DNA from: Octopus vulgaris
Taxonomy: Eukaryota
Reading direction: 5' to 3'
Length of the DNA: 64,000 nt
NCBI GenBank assembly: GCA_951406725.2
Contig: OX597816.1
Coordinates: 97,340,001-97,404,000, forward strand
Shown: one piece after another, positions 53,070 through 64,000 of the stretch
Numbering within the stretch: the stretch's first letter is position 1
Layout: each line of letters starts with the position of its first letter
Program-made: the position numbers and the translations under genes
The notes under the pieces: generated by a model
Databases searched by the model: none
What the model was told of the DNA's origin: nothing
Seen by the model: the letters and a program-made list of their open reading frames with translations, nothing else

Positions 53070-54072
53070 GGTTTTTCGCTGCTCTGACGTGTCAGCAGCT
53101 GAAGACAAAGAAACACTAATACAACACAGCAGGACAACTGAAAACATAACTCTAAAAGACTGGAATATCTACAGCTGTCTGTGAGTATCTTGAACTTCCC
53201 TGAAAATAAGTTAAGGAACTTACATATCTACAACTTTGGACATACAAAAGAACACCTAAAACACCTAAAAAACATCAAAAAATTTAGAAACTTTAAAATC
53301 TCCAATCTTGTGTGAACATTTTGTCTTCCCTTCTTCCTTGATTTACAGAATATGTAAACATGCTTTTATTGCAACAATACAATTAAATGCATGATAAAAA
53401 AATTAAGGAAGTAAGCACCTGCCAACATATACATACTGCACAACTACAAAAACTGTTAACCACAGCAAAACCTTTCAGAAGAAAAGAAAAAGAAAAAGGA
53501 ATTCAGAAATTCATAAAATCCAACGAGGTGAAAATCTCTTCTGCCTACTATTCCCAAAGACTGGAATATCTACAATTTCCTGTGATTATTTTAAATCTCC
53601 CTCAAAATAAAATAAGTTAGGAAACTTACATACTGACAGCTTTCGAACTCACAAACGATCAGCTTAAAAAAACTATAAAATCTACGACTACTGTGTGAAT
53701 ACTTATCCTTTCCTCTCTCCCTGGGTATTCGAAAATGTAAACACCCTCCATTTTATTGTAAGAACACTACCATTTCTCTCAGTGCGGTCATACAAAAGAA
53801 CATGTTTACTTAATCTTAAAACTTTACTATCTACAACTTGTTTTCTTTTCTTTTTGACTCTCCCTGAGTATTCAAAAATGTAAACATCATTTTCATTGCA
53901 AAAGTCCTACTGTATTCTCCAACTGGACAAACAAACGAACATCTCAAGAAAACTTTAAAACTTTAATATATACCCAAATACGTAAACACACCTTTTATTG
54001 CAACAAAAGAATTGAATTCAGAAGTTAAAAAATTCAACGACGTGAATATCAGTATACGTGTGTGTATATATG

Positions 54073-54109
<37 letters not shown>

Positions 54110-54471
54110 ATGCATATATATTATTATCTTTGTTTTTTTCTACCAGTAATTACAAATAGAACAGGTTGAATTGCTTCTTTTCAAGGCAGCGCTCTCAGTG
54201 GTCAGTGGCCACTGGCAGTAGTAAACAGGTTTAACCTCTGCTGATCCAAAGGGTTCGAATATTCCTTTGTTTCTATGGGTGACCTCCCCATTATCTGCCG
54301 AATCTATTTACCGACCGGTAGCCTATGATCTAATTACCAAACTAGTTACTCAATGAATGGTAGTGGTGGTGATGGTGATAATGATAAAATGAAAAATATT
54401 ATGCTGCAGCTGCTAATGCTAAATACTATTAATACTACAATAATAATACTACAACTACTACTATTATGATA

Positions 54472-58397
<3,926 letters not shown>

Positions 58398-58599
58398 ATG
58401 GAATTTTTTATTGACCACAAAGGGCTTACATTCAGAATCATTATGGACAGCACAGAAAAAAATATTGAATATATTTGTGTATGTGTGTGTTGTGAGGGTT
58501 TTGCGTGTAAACATGTTTAATGTACCACTCTCTTTTAACCATGTGTAATCCTCCGTAGTGAGAAGACTTTCGAGGGATGATCATGGAAAACTGCCATAA

Positions 58600-59680
58600 A
58601 ACCACACTTGCTCTGACTTCTGGGCAGGTGCCTTTTCTCAGTTCTACATCTCCGATTGCATGGGTATTTTGAAGGCCGGCCCGTTCACTGCCTCCATTCT
58701 AGGAAGATGAAATGAACCATGGGAGAAGAGAAGAATTAGTGAATCAATTTATGAATTCAGAATGTATATACACATGCTGGAACTTAGAAAGAGAGGGGAA
58801 CTAAAGAAGCATAAATATCTTGAAATAGAAAAGAAGTATAATATACTGAAGAAAAGTGTAAATATTACTGTTGAGGAGTTGAAATAAGGGATGTAGGCCA
58901 AGGCATCCAAACTGAAAAGATTTGAACGAAGATCACAACAATAGAATGATCCAGTACGTTCAGAATAATGTAGCAAAACTCGAGGGTTAGAGGAAGAAAG
59001 AAACAGTGACACCGGAAGCAGAAGAAAGCAAATAATGTTGGTCAAGCATCTGGGATGATGAGATTACAGCATAACAAATATTTTGAATTGCTGAAATAAT
59101 TGAGGGAGAATAAAACGAAGAGAAGTAAAGTGATACTTAAATGACAACAGTAATGGTAAGCATGTAAACCAAAACACTCCTAAGCGGGAATATCCTGGAT
59201 CTGATGGGATCCAGGTCTTTTGGTTGAAAAAGCTGAATGGTTGAAAAAGCTTGAAAAAGATGAATGAGCGACCTGTTACGCAATTAGGCAGAGATATTCA
59301 TATGGATGACAGTGGATAATTATACAGATGACTTTGCTCAGACAGAAGAAACCTGCAAAAGGCTACGCAGTAGATAATTATACTCAAAAGTACGAGCCTG
59401 CAAAAGATGAGATTTCACATATGTGGAAGAAACTCTCATCCCGGTACTTTTATAAGCATGGGATCATTATTAACCAGGTTTGAGAAAATTGTTGGAGAAA
59501 TTGGGATTGACAACTTTATTGGGGACAACAAGGATTATGAGATTGGCACTTGGATGTTAAGTATTGTGGATGAAGGCCCTGTGAGACTCTTGGCAACAGG
59601 TTGTTGTCCCCTCATACAACATTAGCCAGAGCTAGTGAAATCGAGAGAACTAAGAGGTGAAATGGCAATAATAATAAATA
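58600..59680 (+). mobile_element. Old R4/Dong fragment
   Basis: EPWEKRR, LEIEKKYNILKKSVNITVEELK, PGSDGIQVFWLKKL; ends near taataataa. Confidence 0.65.
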
Positions 59681-59684
59681 ATAG

Positions 59685-60071
59685 TCTTTACTCTTTTACT
59701 TGTTTCAATCATTTTGAGTGCGGCCATGATGGAGCACCGCCTTTAGTCGAGCAAATCGACCCCAGGACTTATTCTTTGTAAGCCCAGTACTTATTCTATC
59801 GGTCTCTTTTGCCGAACCGCTAAGTTACGGGGACGTAAACACACCAGCATCGGTTGTCAAGTGGCTTTGGGGACGCACACACACACACACACATATATAT
59901 ATATACGACAGGCTTCTTTCAGTTTCCTTCTACCAAATCCACTCATAAGAGTTTGGTCGGCCTGAGGCTATAGTAGAAGGCACTTGCCCAAGGTGCCACG
60001 CAGTGGGACTGAACCCGAGACCATTATGGTTGGCAAGCAAGCTACATACCACACAGCCACTCCTTCGCCTA
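59685..60071 (-). mobile_element. SINE family A copy, well preserved
   Basis: Homology to 7616-8044 across its length. Confidence 0.88.
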
Positions 60072-61394
60072 TAATTATTTTTAATAGGAAAGTTCACTTG
60101 ACAAATTCCGTATTTCAAATCATTTTACATAGTTTTCATTTTCATCAGTAGAATATTAACTAGAATCTCCATGCACTATACTTCAAAAATGTGTTATCTA
60201 ACACATCAGCGATGGAAAATGCCGTTTGTGAATTTCTCTATAAACATAAAAGCAATTTACTTAAGTATACAACGGCTTTCAGTCATTGATCGTTTGTCTA
60301 TATATGTTTTCACAATCAATCTATATACTGATGCATTTTGTTTCTGGCATTGCTTTTTTTCTTTTGTTACACATCATTGTTATAGTCTAATTTCCCCTTT
60401 ATTTTCAAGCACATTATTTCGTATTTATAGAAGCTACTCTAACTTGATGTTAACTTATTGAAGAGAAATGATGCACTGAATAAACAAATAATGTCTGTGC
60501 TCTTGAATATTCTACCGTTAAGTCGGTAAGTGACCGCATTGATGCCGTATCATACAAGCATATTTTTTTCGATGTAAAACCAAGAGTATATATTAGTGTA
60601 GCTACAACATAGAGCTCTATATATATAAGGTTTAACCTTCTATACACTTAGCCATATTTAAGCTACATTTAAACAATTTGCATTTGTTTTAGTTAAATTT
60701 TTTTCGCATGAACATCCTTGACCATTAAATACTCATAAATTACTCAGGCTAGTGCGTAGTTGCTGCTATTCCGTTTTAACTCTACAGATAAAATACAAGA
60801 ATACTGGTTCATGAAGATTGCAGTTTTACTAAGGATTTTAGGAGCAAAGATACAACTTAATGTGTGAAGAAAAAAGATGAGTCCCGTGCAGCTTAGCAGC
60901 AAAAAGGCCAGAAGCTGATGTAACGAGTAATAAAAAACAAATAGAAAGAGAAGCTTATTTCCTGTATGATAATACTTGTACACAATTAGCAAGGAAATCA
61001 TAGTTTCATAATTGGTAAGACAGTTTTGAGTGGTTGAAAGGAAGGGATGTGCGACCTCTTCGATCGACACGATTAAATATTTACCTGAAATGCGTCAAGT
61101 TGACAGATACTTGAGCTACATATGCAGTAGGGAATTTCAGAGTGTCCACATTCTCTGGAAGAAACTGGATAATGGTCTGGTTTGAGGCTTAAATACTTAA
61201 AAAAGAAAAAAAGTATGTAAAATAGACGTGTGTATTGAATATTCATGAGACGGCATGAGGCAAAGAAGCTGCGTAGAGCAGAAGCTATTGTAATAAGAAT
61301 AGAAGAGTACAGGGGAGAGGCTATCTGTGGACTAGAAGAGTATGTCGGTGAAGAATTACATTTCAATTTGCCGATGCGAAAGAAGATACCTGTA

Positions 61395-61670
61395 TATACA
61401 TGGTGTCCCAGAATTAACTATTTCAATGAAATCGAATAAATCTATTTCTTAATTATGATATCGAAACATATATTTATAAATCTTACGTCAAAATTTTATT
61501 GAAATTTTTCAACCAATGTTCCGTCTGTAACCCTGCAAATCCATTTTCTGCACTGCTAAATGAATGCGTTCTTAAAGTTCAGCTAAACTATTTCTCCATT
61601 CTAGAGATGGAGGTAGAGAAAGTGATTGCAGCCAAATTGAAAAAAAGCTGCCATTGACACATAAACGGGT
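61395..61670 (-). mobile_element. Possible Tc1-like terminus
   Basis: ta|catggtgtcccagaattaac resembles the CAGGGTGTCCCA type of TIR; partner TIR not found. Confidence 0.3.
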
Positions 61671-64000
61671 TCCAGAAGGAATAAAAATAGAATTAAAAAA
61701 ATTATAAAACTATCAAATTATAATCAAAATTAAAACTTTATACACTTTTAAACATTAAACATGATAAACATAAATAAAGGCGAGCTTTTAAAAAAAATTG
61801 TCCGATTTCACTGAAATATATAATTCAGGGATAACCTGTACAGTAGCATCGTCATCTTATATGCTAAAAAGTTACTTCGTCGTTCCTCTAACCTAACTAG
61901 GATTAATGATTAATCCTCGTTTCAGAGATTGAAGGGAAGTGTCCTATGGCCTTAGAGTGGAGGGACAATCATTATGATACAGCTTCTTAATACGTTGAAT
62001 ATGTGCATTTCTCACGAGAGTTGTACAAAAACAAGACAAGACATTTGTAGGAAGCTTTGTCCCGGACGATTGCGCTCTGCGAACAAGTCCCTCTATGGCT
62101 TACATGAGTTGTAGACTTAATCCGTTGCCATATTTTACATCCTCACCTGGTCCCATACGTATATTTAGTAGATATCAGTCTGTACAACGGTAGATATCAG
62201 TCTGCTTCGAATCTGAGCTTATTTTCCTTTCTCGATTCCGTCAGTACCGGTGGCTCTAATATTGGTAATAGGACTATCTTTCCTGTTGATTGAAAGAATT
62301 CTAGTTGATTCTGTTTCTGTTTGATATGTGAGATGAGACGTACGATGAGCCATTCTTGTTATGTGTAATGATTATGTTCCTTGCTGTTGAAGGAGACACA
62401 AATTGCATATTCCCACTGAAATATGTTTTCGATGTCTTTGCTCATGAAATTCGTATTGATTTGCTGTGATTTGTTTTGGCTGCATGTGAATAGCACTTGA
62501 ATGTTGAAGCTTGGATTGAAATAAAGGAAGGTATCTTCGTACGAGTGGCGGTTGATAAATATGTCTGCAAGTACGACATAAATATATAAGAGGAGGTGAA
62601 CGATGACATGTTTGCGCGCGTGTGTGTAGTAAAAATGTTATATAAGTACAGGGTCAAAAATAATCTTCGTAGAGCATCAACCTAGAAAATAATGTATGTT
62701 GTCATTACGTATTCAAGGCGACATAAGAAAATACCAGAAGTATGTGAGGCTCCTTATTTTGGAGCTTTCAGCAGTTTGAATATCATGCGTAGATAGTGAG
62801 CAATCATCCTGTGATATGTATCATCGTATTTTAGTGTTGTTTAATATTATATAATTGACCCCGATAACATTGAAGAAATCTCTAATTGAAAAGTAAAAGT
62901 CCTGCGCTCCAGAAACATCGTAAAATTGTTTTCCCTATATATTTAACTTCAACTAACTTTAATTGTCATAAGGAAATACATTTGGGCGAAAATGTTTGTA
63001 CAGTTATTGTACTGGTAAATTTCAAATTTCCTGTGAGTTTAAACAATATTCATATTGCTACCTTTTACACTACATTCTATTAGCTTTCAAGTATGAACGA
63101 TTCATAAGCGCGCCTGAATATTTTCACTATACTGTGATACTTAAAACTTGCAATGTCATTAGTACTATCTAAAGAAAACACTGTGCAAACAGAAATGTAT
63201 CTACATAACGAATGTATAATAAAGAAATGCAACAATGTTAGCTCTATTTCAGATGTATGTCTGGAATTTGTGTATGATTCTATTACCATAAACAACATCA
63301 GCTGTAGAGTGTTTAACAGTTCTCAGAGCCAGTATTATTTCGTGTAAAATTTGATTTGCAAATCTCAATACACTTTACAAAATTATCTTTTACAGTACTG
63401 ATATAATCTACACCATAAATGTCAACATATTCGTTCACATTCTACTGCTGAATTGAAAGCCATCTTTGACGTTGTCACGGCGTAAATATTACTTTTATTC
63501 TGCATTTTGAAGAGACTTTAAATGTTATAGCCTACTCCTTGACACTTTTACAACGGTTATAACACCATATGTAAATCGAAAGAATGAGGATTTGTCAATG
63601 TTAGTATATTGTATTGAATTGTTTCCAGACTACATATTCACGAATTCTAGAAGGAAAGCTTACGAGGTATAAATTAATTATGATTTCAAACGATGCTATA
63701 AAGGCACATAATCTTTAGGAGATATTGAGTGGAGAACATCGCTATGAGCGTGTGGCTATTATTTCTTCACTGACAGAGATATCAAGGTTGATTTCTTATG
63801 ATTGTGAAACAAAAAGGTAATTGATTTTTTCCCTTTAGTTTCCAGTAAATTCCTGTAGAATATATATCGTTCTTAACACAGCGATATATCTTCATCTGTA
63901 AGAAGCAGGAAGGAGAGCACAACTATACACATTAGACGGCAGTTATCTCAAGATGTAATGTAATACACCTGATACATATTCATATACATACACATCTGTA

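Noticed and set aside
62100-62660. Possible decayed coding sequence on the minus strand
   Set aside because: No consistent frame or family motif

Overview
Eukaryotic, AT-rich, microsatellite-saturated intergenic or intronic DNA. The SINE families, (TA)n/(CA)n/(TATC)n density and LINE content most resemble an octopus (coleoid cephalopod) genome; this is inference, not a database result. No intact host CDS is supported, and most ORF-track entries are microsatellite read-throughs. The window is a graveyard of decayed mobile elements: Tx1/L1-like, RTE and R4/Dong LINEs (one near full-length Dong at about 54.5-58.1 kb with a (TAA)n tail), a head-to-head Penelope-like (RT + GIY-YIG) pair at 20-24 kb, mariner remnants, Helentron/Helitron pieces and tRNA-derived SINEs. 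The most striking unannotated signal is about 14 type I hammerhead-ribozyme motifs, intact to degenerate, from several unrelated sequence families. Most lie in short non-coding modules embedded in (TA)n. Several form young, near-perfect fold-back palindromes with one outward-facing ribozyme on each strand (24.4-25.0, 30.3-30.6 and 30.9-31.3 kb). They probably derive from Penelope pseudo-LTRs or retrozyme-like elements. All structures and translations were read by eye.
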